A stretch of DNA of 64,000 nucleotides from an uncultured delta proteobacterium (GTDB lineage: Bacteria > Myxococcota_A > UBA9160 > SMWR01), in the NCBI GenBank assembly GCA_963832165.1, contig CAWHTE010000011.1, positions 448,001 to 512,000 on the forward strand, in the 5' to 3' direction. Shown here piece after piece: positions 48,502-57,299 of this stretch. A program made the position numbers and the translations under genes. Numbering within the stretch: the first letter of the stretch is position 1; the number at the start of each line of letters is the position of its first letter. Below the pieces are notes generated by a model. That model ran no database searches and had not been told where the DNA came from. It saw only the letters and a list, made by a program, of their open reading frames with translations.

Positions 48502-49717
48502 CTCCTCGCTTCGCGCTCACGGGCATCGCCTGCTGTTTCTCATCGCGCGCGGCCGGCGCCTGTGAGAGCGCCGTCGCGACCTTCTGGAGTCCCGTGAGAT
48601 CGTGCACGTCGCCGAGCAGCTCGGGCACCGCGCGGAAGAAGCTGCCGCGCCGCTCCGCGTGCTCGCGCAACGCGTCCAGCGCGGTCGCGTCGCGCCGGAC
48701 GAGCGCAGCGTACCGCGCCGCCGCCTCGATCGCTGCGCGCGCCGCCCGCACCGCGGGAAAATTCGCATCCCCTTGCTCCGCGAGAGCGCGCGCGAGCCGT
48801 GCTGTGTCGGGAGATTCGGGGTCGAGCGCACCCGGAGCCGGTCCGTCGTCGGGCCACGCGCGCACGCGATTCGCGACGATGCCGGCCACGGACACGTTGC
48901 TCGCCTCGAGTCGCGCGAGGAATCGCTGCGCCGATTTCACGGATTCGCTCTCGGGGCTCGCCACGAGCACGAACGCGGACTCCGGCCCGAGCAAGAGCGA
49001 CCTCACCTCCTTCGCGCGCGCCTGGAACCCCTCCGACATGTGCTCGAAGGCCATCAGGAATTCAGAGACGTCCTGGAGGAAGCCGATCCCGCTGATGCGC
49101 TCGATCAGCCCGAGCGCGCGGCGCGTGCCCCACTCGAACCAGCGCGCGCCGAGGCGCCCCGCGACCATCGCGGGATGGATCAGCATCTTCACGAGTCGGC
49201 TGTCGAGGAACTCGAGCAGCCGCTCGGGCGCGTCGAGGAAATCGAGCGCGTGCTGCGCGGGCGGCGTGTCGACCACGAGCGTGTCGTAGGCGTCGGAGCG
49301 CGACAGCTCGTAGACCTTCTCCATCGCCGAGTACTCGACGCTGCCCGCGAGCGCATCGGAGACGTGGCGGTAGATCGGATTGTGCAGCACGCGCTCGCGC
49401 GCGGCTGGGCTCTCGGCGAAGCGCGCCACGAGGTCGTCGAACGTGCTCTTCATGTCGAGCATCAGCGCCGAGAGCGAGCCCTCGGGCGGCACGCCGAGCG
49501 CGGCCAGCGTTTCGCGCGGCAGCGGCTCGGGCTGATTGCCCAGCGTCTCCACGCCGAGCGCGTCGGCGAGCCGGCGCGCCGGGTCGATCGTGATCACGAG
49601 CGCGCGGCGACCCGCGCGCGCCGCCTCGAGCGCGATCGCCGCGGCCACCGTGGTCTTGCCCACGCCGCCGCAGCCGACGCATACCACCACGCGGCGCTCG
49701 AGTGCGGGCAGCGTCAC
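48488..49717 (-). CDS. ArsA/Get3-family ATPase, subunit B
   Basis: VCVGCGGVGKTT, TIDPARRLADALG, EYSAMEK, VVDTPPAQHALDFLDAP. Confidence 0.92.
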   Translation of the reverse strand: MTLPALERRVVVCVGCGGVGKTTVAAAIALEAARAGRRALVITIDPARRLADALGVETLGNQPEPLPRETLAALGVPPEGSLSALMLDMKSTFDDLVARFAESPAARERVLHNPIYRHVSDALAGSVEYSAMEKVYELSRSDAYDTLVVDTPPAQHALDFLDAPERLLEFLDSRLVKMLIHPAMVAGRLGARWFEWGTRRALGLIERISGIGFLQDVSEFLMAFEHMSEGFQARAKEVRSLLLGPESAFVLVASPESESVKSAQRFLARLEASNVSVAGIVANRVRAWPDDGPAPGALDPESPDTARLARALAEQGDANFPAVRAARAAIEAAARYAALVRRDATALDALREHAERRGSFFRAVPELLGDVHDLTGLQKVATALSQAPAARDEKQQAMPVSAKRGGGRG

Positions 49718-50689
49718 GCGGCCGACCCGAGCGCGGCGTAGAGCGGCGCGGCGAGCAGCGCGGCGTCGTCGGGGCCGCGCAGTCCGTCGCGCAGGTAGGG
49801 AAGCGGCACGGTCGGCAGACCCGTCTCGCGCGCGATCTGCGCGACGTAGTGGCGATTCAGCTCCGCGCGCGCGCGGAGTGCGCTGCCGCACGCTGCGAGC
49901 ACGCGCGTGGAGGGCAGCTCGCCGAGCGCGAGGTCGTCCGGGCAGCGCCGCGAGGCGCTGATCGAGGTCGGCGAGATCGTCGGGGTAGGGCGGCTCGTGC
50001 ACCGCGTTCACCACGACGCGCTCGATCGCAACGCCGAGCTCGTTCTTCGCGCGCGCGACGAGCTCGACGGTCTCGCGCGCGGGCAGCTCCTCGGCGATCG
50101 CCACGGGCAGCAGGAGCGTGCGCTTGCGGTCCTCGATCAGTGCTTCCACGCGCTCGGTGTGATGGCGCAGCGGACCCGCGCGCACCGCCGAGACCACGAC
50201 GCGCGGCACGTCGAGGAACGTGAGGCTGTGTCCCGTGGCGGGCGCGTCGACGATGATCAGGTCGAAGCGCGGCCGGGCGCCGTCGCGCATCTGCTCGAGG
50301 TGCCAGACCTTCCCGAGCGTGATCAGCTCGCGCCAGCCCGGCGACGCGAGCAGGAGCTGGCGGAAGCCGCGCTGCCGCAGCACCGGATCGACCAGGCGCC
50401 GCGTGCCGATCTGGAGACCGAGGTACTCGCCGAGCGCCTCGAAAGGCTCGATGTGGGTGATCCAGACGTTCTCGCGCGCGAGGACGGGCTGGTAGCGGAG
50501 CGGGCCGGGTCGCGCCGAGAGGAGCCCCGCGAGCCGCGCGTCGGGGTCCACCGCCGCCACGAGCACCCGCTTCCCCCGGGCGGCGGCGCCGAGCGCCAGC
50601 GCCGCCGCGATCGTCGTCTTCCCCGTCCCCCCCTTGCCGGTGACGATGACCAGCCGGCGGTGGTCGAGCGGGCTGGCGGGGTGGGTCAA
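49714..50689 (-). CDS. ArsA/Get3-family ATPase, subunit A; frameshift near 49940
   Basis: VTGKGGTGKTT, PGWRELITLGK, IIVDAPATGH, EELPARET; C-terminus lies in ORF 49714..49902. Confidence 0.9.
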
Positions 50690-50762
50690 GCTCGCTTCTC
50701 CGAGCCTCAAGCGGGCAAGCAGCGGCTCCGAAACGTGTGGTTGGAATGGGGGAAACGGTAGC

Positions 50763-51899
50763 GTGATCGTCGTCTGCGAGCGCTGCAGCACCGAGTTCCA
50801 TCTCGACGATGCGCGTGTGCCCGAAACCGGTGCGCGCGTGCGCTGCTCGCGCTGCAAGCACGCGTTCTTCGTCACGCGGCCCGCGAGCACGCCCGAGGAG
50901 GAGATCGACCGCGCGGCGAGCCTCGCGCTCGAGGACGACCCCACGCCCGGCGTCACCGAGGACCTGCCCGACGAGCCGGTTCCGGCGCAGATGGACGCGG
51001 GCGACGACCTCGTCGACGACCTGGACGCCGGCGGGCTTCTCGGCGAGGAGCTGGACGAGGATCCGGTCACTGGGCGCGGGGAGGACTCCGAGAGCGATTG
51101 GGAGTTCAACGGGGACCTGCCCGCGGAGGGCGACGAGTCCTCGCCGGACCTGCACGGAACGCACGCGCCGCCGATGAACGCGCCGCACCGGAAGACGGAT
51201 CGGTTCGGAGACGAGGATTCTGACGGGAGCCTCGATCTCGCGGACGACGAGCCGGCGGCGCCGCCCGCGCGCGAGCCCGACAGCCCCGTCGACTGGGATT
51301 TCCTCGACCGCGGCGCGGAGCGCGCCGCGCCGGTCGCCGCCGCACCGTCGGGGCGCGTCATCACGGTGGAGCCGGATCAACCGCGCGAGATCGCGAGCGA
51401 GTCGCAGCACCCGACCGGCGCAGCACCGCTGGCCCTGCGCCGTGTCGCAGTCGGCGCCGGATGGCTCGCGACTGCCGGCCTGTGCGCGATCGCGTTCTGG
51501 TACGGGCTCGCGCCCGCGGCGCCCGCCGCGACGTCGTGGCCGAATCCCGCACCGGGGATCGCGATCGAGCAGGTGCGCGGGCGCTGGCTCGACAACCTCT
51601 CGGTGGGTCGACTCTATGTGGTGTCGGGCCGCGTACACAACGTCGCACCCACGGCCGCCTCGCTCCCGCCGCTCGTGCTCGAGCTGCGCGACGCCGCGGG
51701 ACAGCCGGTCGGCAGCCCGATCCCCGTGCGCGGGTCGAGCTTCCCGGGGAACCTGCGCACCGCGAGCGCGGCCGAGCTCGCCGCGGCGGGCGCCGATGTA
51801 CCGGGCGGACTCGCGCCCGGCGTCACGTGGGATTTCGAAGTGGTCGCGTGGCCGCTGCCGGACCACGCGGCGCGTTTCGCGATCCGCGCGGGGTCGTAG
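50763..51899 (+). CDS. MJ0042-type zinc-ribbon / acidic linker / TM / DUF3426-like protein (ZitP/AgmX-like)
   Basis: MIVVCERCSTEF..GARVRCSRCKHAF, long D/E-rich linker, one TM, VVSGRVHN..LELRDAAG Ig-like domain. Confidence 0.85.
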   Translation: MIVVCERCSTEFHLDDARVPETGARVRCSRCKHAFFVTRPASTPEEEIDRAASLALEDDPTPGVTEDLPDEPVPAQMDAGDDLVDDLDAGGLLGEELDEDPVTGRGEDSESDWEFNGDLPAEGDESSPDLHGTHAPPMNAPHRKTDRFGDEDSDGSLDLADDEPAAPPAREPDSPVDWDFLDRGAERAAPVAAAPSGRVITVEPDQPREIASESQHPTGAAPLALRRVAVGAGWLATAGLCAIAFWYGLAPAAPAATSWPNPAPGIAIEQVRGRWLDNLSVGRLYVVSGRVHNVAPTAASLPPLVLELRDAAGQPVGSPIPVRGSSFPGNLRTASAAELAAAGADVPGGLAPGVTWDFEVVAWPLPDHAARFAIRAGS

Positions 51900-51906
51900 G
51901 AGCGGG

Positions 51907-52107
51907 CTACGAGGAGCGCGGCGGCTTGCCGTCGCCGACCTCTTCCTTCGGCGTGACGTCGAGCTCGTCCTTGCCGGAGATTCCGGCCTTGAAATTCCGG
52001 ATCGCCTTGCCGACGCCCGCGCCGAGCTCGGGCAGGCGACGCGCGCCGAACAGCACCACGACGATCCCGAGAACGATCAGCAGCTCGGTCGTGCCGATTC
52101 CGAACAT
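51907..52107 (-). CDS. tatA: Twin-arginine translocase TatA/E
   Basis: [37 protein letters not shown]. Confidence 0.96.
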   Translation of the reverse strand: MFGIGTTELLIVLGIVVVLFGARRLPELGAGVGKAIRNFKAGISGKDELDVTPKEEVGDGKPPRSS

Positions 52108-52164
52108 GATTGGCCTCGCCCGGTTAGGGTGGCGGTCGCGAGCTGCGGGGTCAAGCTGACCTAT

Positions 52165-53193
52165 CTAGGAGTCCGACTCCGCCTGGCCTAGCTCCTCGCG
52201 GATCACCGCATCGAGCTCGTCGGCCGATTTGAGACCGGACATCAGGATCCCGTTCACCACGAACGCGGGTGTTCCCGTGATGCCGATCCGCTTCGCCTCC
52301 TGCGCGTCCTGTTCCACGGCGGCCTGATGGCGTCGCGTGCGCACGCACTCGTCGAACGCCCCGGCCTCGAGCCCCACCTCGGCCGCGTACTTGCGCAGAT
52401 CGTCGTCGGAGAGCGCGCGGTTGTTCTCGAACAGCTTGTCGTGGTACTCCCAGAACTTGTTGCCCTCGGCCGCGCACGCGGCCGCCTCGGCGCTCGGCCG
52501 CGCGCGCGGATGCAGGCTGTCGAGCGGCAGGTGGCGATAGACGATCCGCACGTCCTTGGGATGGCGTTTCGCGATCTCGTCGAGCACGGGCTTCGCGCGC
52601 ACGCAGAACGGGCACTGGAAGTCGCTGAACTCGATCAGCGTGACGCGCGCGTCGGCGGGTCCGCGGGCGGCTCCGACCGCGCTCACTTCCACGCGCGGGC
52701 GCTCCAGCTCGATCTTGGTTTCCGCCTTCGCGACGATGTCGTCGAGCGCCTTGCGCTTCGCCTCGTTCTCGAGGTGGGAGCGGATGCGCGGAGAGATCGA
52801 TTCGAACGGAGCGCCCTGGAGCTGAGCCGCGTTCTTGTCGTAGAACGCCTTGACGTCGGCGTCGCTGATCGGCGGCAGCGTCTTGAACTCGGACTCGAGG
52901 AACGCCTCGGACTCCATGCCCTTCTTCTTCGCCGCGGCTTCCACCGCTCGCTTCGCGACCAGCGATTTCGCGGCGGCCATGCGCAGGTCGTGCACGCGCG
53001 ACGGGTTGCCGTCGCCGGTCTCGCGCTTCCAGAGGTCTTCCTTGATCTCGGCGTCGAGCTCGGCGACCGTGATCACCTCGTCGCCGACCCGCGCCGCGAT
53101 CGGCTCGTCCGACTTGCCGTTGCCGAACTTGGCGCACGCCAGCCCGATCGCAGCGAGCGCGACGAGCGATCCAAACGCGAGTCTTCGAACCAT
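52165..53193 (-). CDS. DsbA-family thioredoxin-fold lipoprotein with SurA-like N-domain
   Basis: Lipobox GLAC, EFSDFQCPFC, YRHLPL, GITGTPAF. Confidence 0.92.
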   Translation of the reverse strand: MVRRLAFGSLVALAAIGLACAKFGNGKSDEPIAARVGDEVITVAELDAEIKEDLWKRETGDGNPSRVHDLRMAAAKSLVAKRAVEAAAKKKGMESEAFLESEFKTLPPISDADVKAFYDKNAAQLQGAPFESISPRIRSHLENEAKRKALDDIVAKAETKIELERPRVEVSAVGAARGPADARVTLIEFSDFQCPFCVRAKPVLDEIAKRHPKDVRIVYRHLPLDSLHPRARPSAEAAACAAEGNKFWEYHDKLFENNRALSDDDLRKYAAEVGLEAGAFDECVRTRRHQAAVEQDAQEAKRIGITGTPAFVVNGILMSGLKSADELDAVIREELGQAESDS

Positions 53194-53266
53194 GGAACCT
53201 CCGATCGGGCGCATCGGCGCGCACGGGAGCGCGAGTATACGGGTTGAACGCGCGCCGCGACCGCGC

Positions 53267-53956
53267 TCAGGGCGCGAGGCACCGCTTCAGGAAATCCCAG
53301 ATCGCGCTGGCGGCCTCGGCGGGGGACTCGTCGACTTGCAGCACCGGGCGCGGCGCGATCCGCCCGAGGTAGTGCGCGGGATCCGGTCCCCCTGCGAGCG
53401 CAGCGCCGACGCCCGGCGCGAGCGCCGCGGCGGCCGGGCGCGCGTCGAGCGCGCAGAACGCGCTGCCGATCTGTCCGCCGAGCCCGAAGCCCACATAGGC
53501 GATCCGCTCGGCGTCGATCCACTCGGTGGCCGCGAGCGCGTCGAGCGCGCGTTCGAGATCGATCACGGCCTGCTGCGCGAACTCGGCCGCGAGCAGTGCG
53601 CGGCGCGGATCCCCGGCGCGCCCGTCGGTCAACACGCGCAGGAGCTTCTGGTCGGCGCGCGCTCCGTGCAGCGGGAAATCCACCGCAGCCACGGCCGCGC
53701 CCGCGAGGGCCCAGCTCGGGCCGAGCGCGGCGAGCACGCCCGCGGCGGAGTCGCCGAGCGCGTGCTGCACGAGCACGAGTGGATGGGGGCCGCCGCCCTG
53801 CGCGGGCAGGATCAGCTGTCCCGTCACGCGATCGCCCCGGCTCGAGAACTCGAGCTCCTGCGTGCGCAGACCCGGGTGCGCGGCGATCCGCGCGCCCTTG
53901 CGCACCCAGAGCCCGAGCGGCTCGCGATAGCCGGCCAGACGCAGCTCGTCGCTCAT
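53267..53956 (-). CDS. Alpha/beta-hydrolase-fold protein, degenerate
   Basis: GDRVTGQL..P, AVDFPLHGAR, IDAERIAYVGFGLGG (GxSxG serine replaced by Gly). Confidence 0.75.
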   Translation of the reverse strand: MSDELRLAGYREPLGLWVRKGARIAAHPGLRTQELEFSSRGDRVTGQLILPAQGGGPHPLVLVQHALGDSAAGVLAALGPSWALAGAAVAAVDFPLHGARADQKLLRVLTDGRAGDPRRALLAAEFAQQAVIDLERALDALAATEWIDAERIAYVGFGLGGQIGSAFCALDARPAAAALAPGVGAALAGGPDPAHYLGRIAPRPVLQVDESPAEAASAIWDFLKRCLAP

Positions 53957-53985
53957 CTCGCGCGCAGCATAGTGCCCGGCGAGAA

Positions 53986-54564
53986 CTAACGGGAGAGCAG
54001 CACCTTGCGGACGCGGTAGAGGTTCGACTTCACCGCGTCCACGCTCTTGTCGAGGAGCACGGCCACCTCGGCGATCGGCCGGTGCTCGAGGTGATGGAGT
54101 CGGAAGAGCTGGCGCTGCTCCGGCGTCAGATCGTGCTCCGCGGCGGACTCGAGCTGATCGATCCGCTCGCGCAGCTCGTAGTAATCGAGCGGCGTGGTGT
54201 CCTGGATCGCCGCGTCGGGGACGGTCTCGAGCTCGCCGCTCTCGTCGGTCTGGAGCGGCACCGTCGGGTGCTGCTTCTTCTTGAAGCGCCCCGAGATCGT
54301 GTGGCGCGCCACGCCGAGCACCCACGCCGCGAACGGCGCCTCGGCCCGGAATGACCCGAGCGAGGTGAACACGTTCACGAACACTTCCTGGGTGGTCTCC
54401 TCGACGTCGGCGCGGTTGTGCAGCCGGGTCTCGACGAAGCGATACACGCGGCCCACGTAACGCCCATAGAGCAGGTCGAAGGCGTCTTTCTCGCCGGACC
54501 GGACGCGCAAGACCAGCTGCTCATCGCTCACATGACGCGCGGGGGAACACGTCGGTGCCGACAT
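53986..54564 (-). CDS. ECF RNA polymerase sigma factor
   Basis: SDEQLV..G..DAFDLLY, DVEETTQEVF, FAAWVLGVAR, region 4 IAEVAVLL..VKSNLYR. Confidence 0.93.
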   Translation of the reverse strand: MSAPTCSPARHVSDEQLVLRVRSGEKDAFDLLYGRYVGRVYRFVETRLHNRADVEETTQEVFVNVFTSLGSFRAEAPFAAWVLGVARHTISGRFKKKQHPTVPLQTDESGELETVPDAAIQDTTPLDYYELRERIDQLESAAEHDLTPEQRQLFRLHHLEHRPIAEVAVLLDKSVDAVKSNLYRVRKVLLSR

Positions 54565-54726
54565 CCCGGACCTCCCAGTGGGCCCCGGGGCTTTCGGCCG
54601 CCTTCCCCCCGGTAGGCGGTCACTCCGGTGCCTGAGAGGGTAGTGGGATCGGCAACTACAATGGTGTTGAAAATTCTTTGGGCGAGCGGAATTCCCCGGA
54701 GGAAACCCGGGGTTGGAGCCGCGGGC

Positions 54727-55293
54727 TCAGAACCGCTCGCGCTCCTCGAACTCGGCGCGCTCCTCGGGAGTGAGATCGAGGTCGGCTGCCGACAGACCCG
54801 AGCGGAAGCCCGCCGCACCCGCGCCGTCGGCCGGATCGGCGCCATCGCCGATCGCCTCGATCAAGGGCGCGACTCCGCTGCCGTTTTCGACGAAGCGCAG
54901 CGCGGCGAGCCGGAGCCCGGGCGCGCCGGCGGCGCGCGCGGCGGCGATCGCGGCGGGCCGGAACTGGGAAGCGAGCAGCACGACCATCACCTCCGCGCCG
55001 GGCCGTAGGCCCGAATCGGGTGCGAGCTGTGCCCAATCGGCCACGCGTGCCGCCACCCAAGCGCGCTGCGCGAGGCCCTCGGCGACGAGCTCGAGGTCGC
55101 CGCCGGGACGGCCGACGAGCGCGATCACGCAGCGCCCCTCGCCGTCGCGGCCCACCCAGTCGATCCGCGTGTCGGCGCCGAGCACGTTCTCTGCGAGCGG
55201 ACGCCAGCCCGGCACGAGCGCGCCGAGCGCATCGCGCAGCGCGCGTCGCCGCTCGTCGGGCGGCGGCGTTCCCGCGATGCGTACCTCAGCCAA
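54727..55293 (-). CDS. Hypothetical protein, probable degenerate PD-(D/E)XK (NucS-like) fold
   Basis: RIDWVGRDGEGRCVIAL..DLELVAEGLAQRAWV..VMVVLLASQF follows the NucS-C pattern without the ExK motif; start overlaps the upstream stop. Confidence 0.65.
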   Translation of the reverse strand: MAEVRIAGTPPPDERRRALRDALGALVPGWRPLAENVLGADTRIDWVGRDGEGRCVIALVGRPGGDLELVAEGLAQRAWVAARVADWAQLAPDSGLRPGAEVMVVLLASQFRPAAIAAARAAGAPGLRLAALRFVENGSGVAPLIEAIGDGADPADGAGAAGFRSGLSAADLDLTPEERAEFEERERF

Positions 55294-56071
55294 GGGTCAG
55301 CTTCTGGGCGTCGCTCCAGAGCATCTGCGCGACGTCGCCGAGCGCGCGCGCGGCTCTCGACTGGGGATGTTCGATCCCGATCGGACGGCGCGCCGCGATC
55401 GCGCGATACACGTGCAGGTCGTCGGCGAGCAGCCCGTAGCTCTGCGGCGCGCGGCCCAGGTGGCGCGACGCCACGCGTGCCACGTGCGCGTACGCGCGCT
55501 CGGCCTCGCGCAGCCGGCGCACGCCGTGGATCACGAGGCCGACCAGCGGGTCCGAGCTGCGCCGATAGGCGAGCTTCGCGAGCGCATACGCCTCGCGCAG
55601 GTCGTTCAGCTCGGGTGTGCCGAACAGCAGCATCCAGCGCAGGAGCGGGCGCACCGCCGCGCCGCGCACGAGCCACTCGGGCGGCACGCACACGACCACG
55701 GCGCCGCCCTCGGCGGCGTCCGCGGCTCCCGCGATCGCGGCGTCGAGCGCCGCGTGACCCAGCGCCACGAGGTCGCCCGCTTCGGGATACGACACCTGGG
55801 CGCCGAGCGGACCGCGTCCGGGCTCGGGCCACAGCGCCGCGGCTCCGGGATCGCGCGGCGCAATCATCACCGCGCGCGCGCCGAGCCGCGCGAGCTCGAC
55901 GGTGAGATTCCACGCGAACGCAGCGCGCACCACGTCGCGGCTCGCCACGGGCAGCGTGAGGATCGGCAGCGCGATGGGCATCGGGCCCGTCTCGCGCGGG
56001 CGATCGAAGCGCTCGGAGCGCTCCGCGACTGGAAGGAAATAGTGCAGGACGTCGTCGAGATCGCGCGGCAA
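55286..56071 (-). CDS. Degenerate MinD/FlhG-like protein lacking Walker A
   Basis: WNLTVELARLG, TPELNDLREAYALAK, DLHVYRAIAARRP...PQSRAARAL are FlhG/MinD-like; the P-loop position reads PVASRDVVRA. Confidence 0.75.
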   Translation of the reverse strand: MPRDLDDVLHYFLPVAERSERFDRPRETGPMPIALPILTLPVASRDVVRAAFAWNLTVELARLGARAVMIAPRDPGAAALWPEPGRGPLGAQVSYPEAGDLVALGHAALDAAIAGAADAAEGGAVVVCVPPEWLVRGAAVRPLLRWMLLFGTPELNDLREAYALAKLAYRRSSDPLVGLVIHGVRRLREAERAYAHVARVASRHLGRAPQSYGLLADDLHVYRAIAARRPIGIEHPQSRAARALGDVAQMLWSDAQKLTLG

Positions 56072-56089
56072 GTGGAGCTCTTCAGCGCA

Positions 56090-57166
56090 TCAGCGCACTA
56101 CGAGAACGGAATTACGGCCGCCGACCTGACTCGCGACGCCTTCCGGATTATCCGGGTCCTCGCGCCATTCACCGTCGACAACATAGCGATATTGATAACG
56201 ACCCGGAGCGAGGTGAAGGATCTTGGTCCAGATCCGCGTCTCGCCTTCGGCCTCGATCAGCGATCGCACGCCCTTGTCGGGCACCCAGCCGTTGAAGTCC
56301 CCGGCGATCCGGACGTCGCTCGCGCGCTCGTCGCGGAATCGCACGACCACCTCGCGCGGCGGGGAGAGATCGGGGGCGATCACGTCGCGCACCGCGTCGG
56401 GTGCGCTCGCGGCCACCTCGATCGCGAGCGCCGCGTAGTCGTGGGCACCGTTCGCGCTGCGCGCCACGGCGTTGATCGGCTTCCCGCGACTCGCCGCTTC
56501 GCGCAGCTTCACGTTCTGGCGGATCACGGTGTCGAAGCACATGTCCTTGAACATCTCGCGGATCTCGCCGAGTGTCTGGCGCGCGTAGCGCGTGCGTCCG
56601 TCGTAGAGCGTGGGCAGGATCCGCACGGTGAGCTCCTGGCCGATCCGCTCCGTGAGCAGCGCGATCGTCTCGAGCAGCTTCTGCACGCCGTGGATCGCGA
56701 AGAAGCTGGTCTCGAGCGGGACGATCACCTCGCGCGCTGCCCGCAGCGCGTTGAACGTGAGCAGCCCGACGTTGGGCGCGCAGTCGATCAGCGCGAAGTC
56801 GTAGCGGTCGCCGAGCGTCGCGAGCGCCTGCGTGAGGCGCGCGGTGCGGTTCTCGACCGGCTCGGCCGCGAGCTTCTGCTCGAGCGCCGAGAGCACGATG
56901 CCCGACGGCGCCACGTCGAGCCGCTCGCCGACCGACACGCACACGCGCGCGAGCCGGCTCGGGCCGTCGGGATCTGCGAACACCTCGTAGAGGTTCTCGT
57001 CGAGGCGGTCGGGGTCGGCGCCGAGCGCGAGCGTGGCGTGTGCCTGGGGATCGAGGTCGACCACGAGCACGCGATGGCCATCCGCGGCGAGTGCACCGGC
57101 GAGATTGACCGTGGTGGTGGTCTTCCCGCAGCCTCCCTTCTGATTCACGATCGCGATCACGCGCAT
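56090..57166 (-). CDS. ParA/Soj ATPase fused to a C-terminal CBM48 (AMPK-beta-type glycogen-binding) domain
   Basis: NQKGGCGKTTT, VDLDPQAHAT, IDCAP, TLYDGRT, IRQNVKLREA; C-terminal AGDFNGW..LAPGRYQYRYVVDGEWREDPDN..GGRNSVL. Confidence 0.93.
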   Translation of the reverse strand: MRVIAIVNQKGGCGKTTTTVNLAGALAADGHRVLVVDLDPQAHATLALGADPDRLDENLYEVFADPDGPSRLARVCVSVGERLDVAPSGIVLSALEQKLAAEPVENRTARLTQALATLGDRYDFALIDCAPNVGLLTFNALRAAREVIVPLETSFFAIHGVQKLLETIALLTERIGQELTVRILPTLYDGRTRYARQTLGEIREMFKDMCFDTVIRQNVKLREAASRGKPINAVARSANGAHDYAALAIEVAASAPDAVRDVIAPDLSPPREVVVRFRDERASDVRIAGDFNGWVPDKGVRSLIEAEGETRIWTKILHLAPGRYQYRYVVDGEWREDPDNPEGVASQVGGRNSVLVVR

Positions 57167-57234
57167 CCGCCGCTCTCCCCCTTGGTTTCCGCGCTCGGTG
57201 CTCGCGAGGCGGCCGCGCTGGATGCGGGCCGGCC

Positions 57235-57286
57235 CGGAGTCGGGCTACGGAGTGCCGGCGAGGCGGTCCGGAGTCGGACTCCGGAC
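57235..57286. promoter_or_regulatory. 21-bp palindrome plus CGGAGT repeats between merR and parA
   Basis: GTCCGGAGTC-G-GACTCCGGAC at 57266-57286; CGGAGT at 57235, 57248 and 57269. Confidence 0.45.
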
Positions 57287-57299
57287 GGGGGCAGTCGTT

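Noticed and set aside
48488..50689. Arsenic resistance operon
   Set aside because: No arsB/acr3, arsC, arsD or arsR; the motifs and context fit the Get3/BagAB-like subfamily.
56090..57166. Chromosomal parAB/origin locus or plasmid partition cassette
   Set aside because: No parB, canonical parS, dnaA/gidAB or rep gene seen, and the ParA carries an extra CBM domain.
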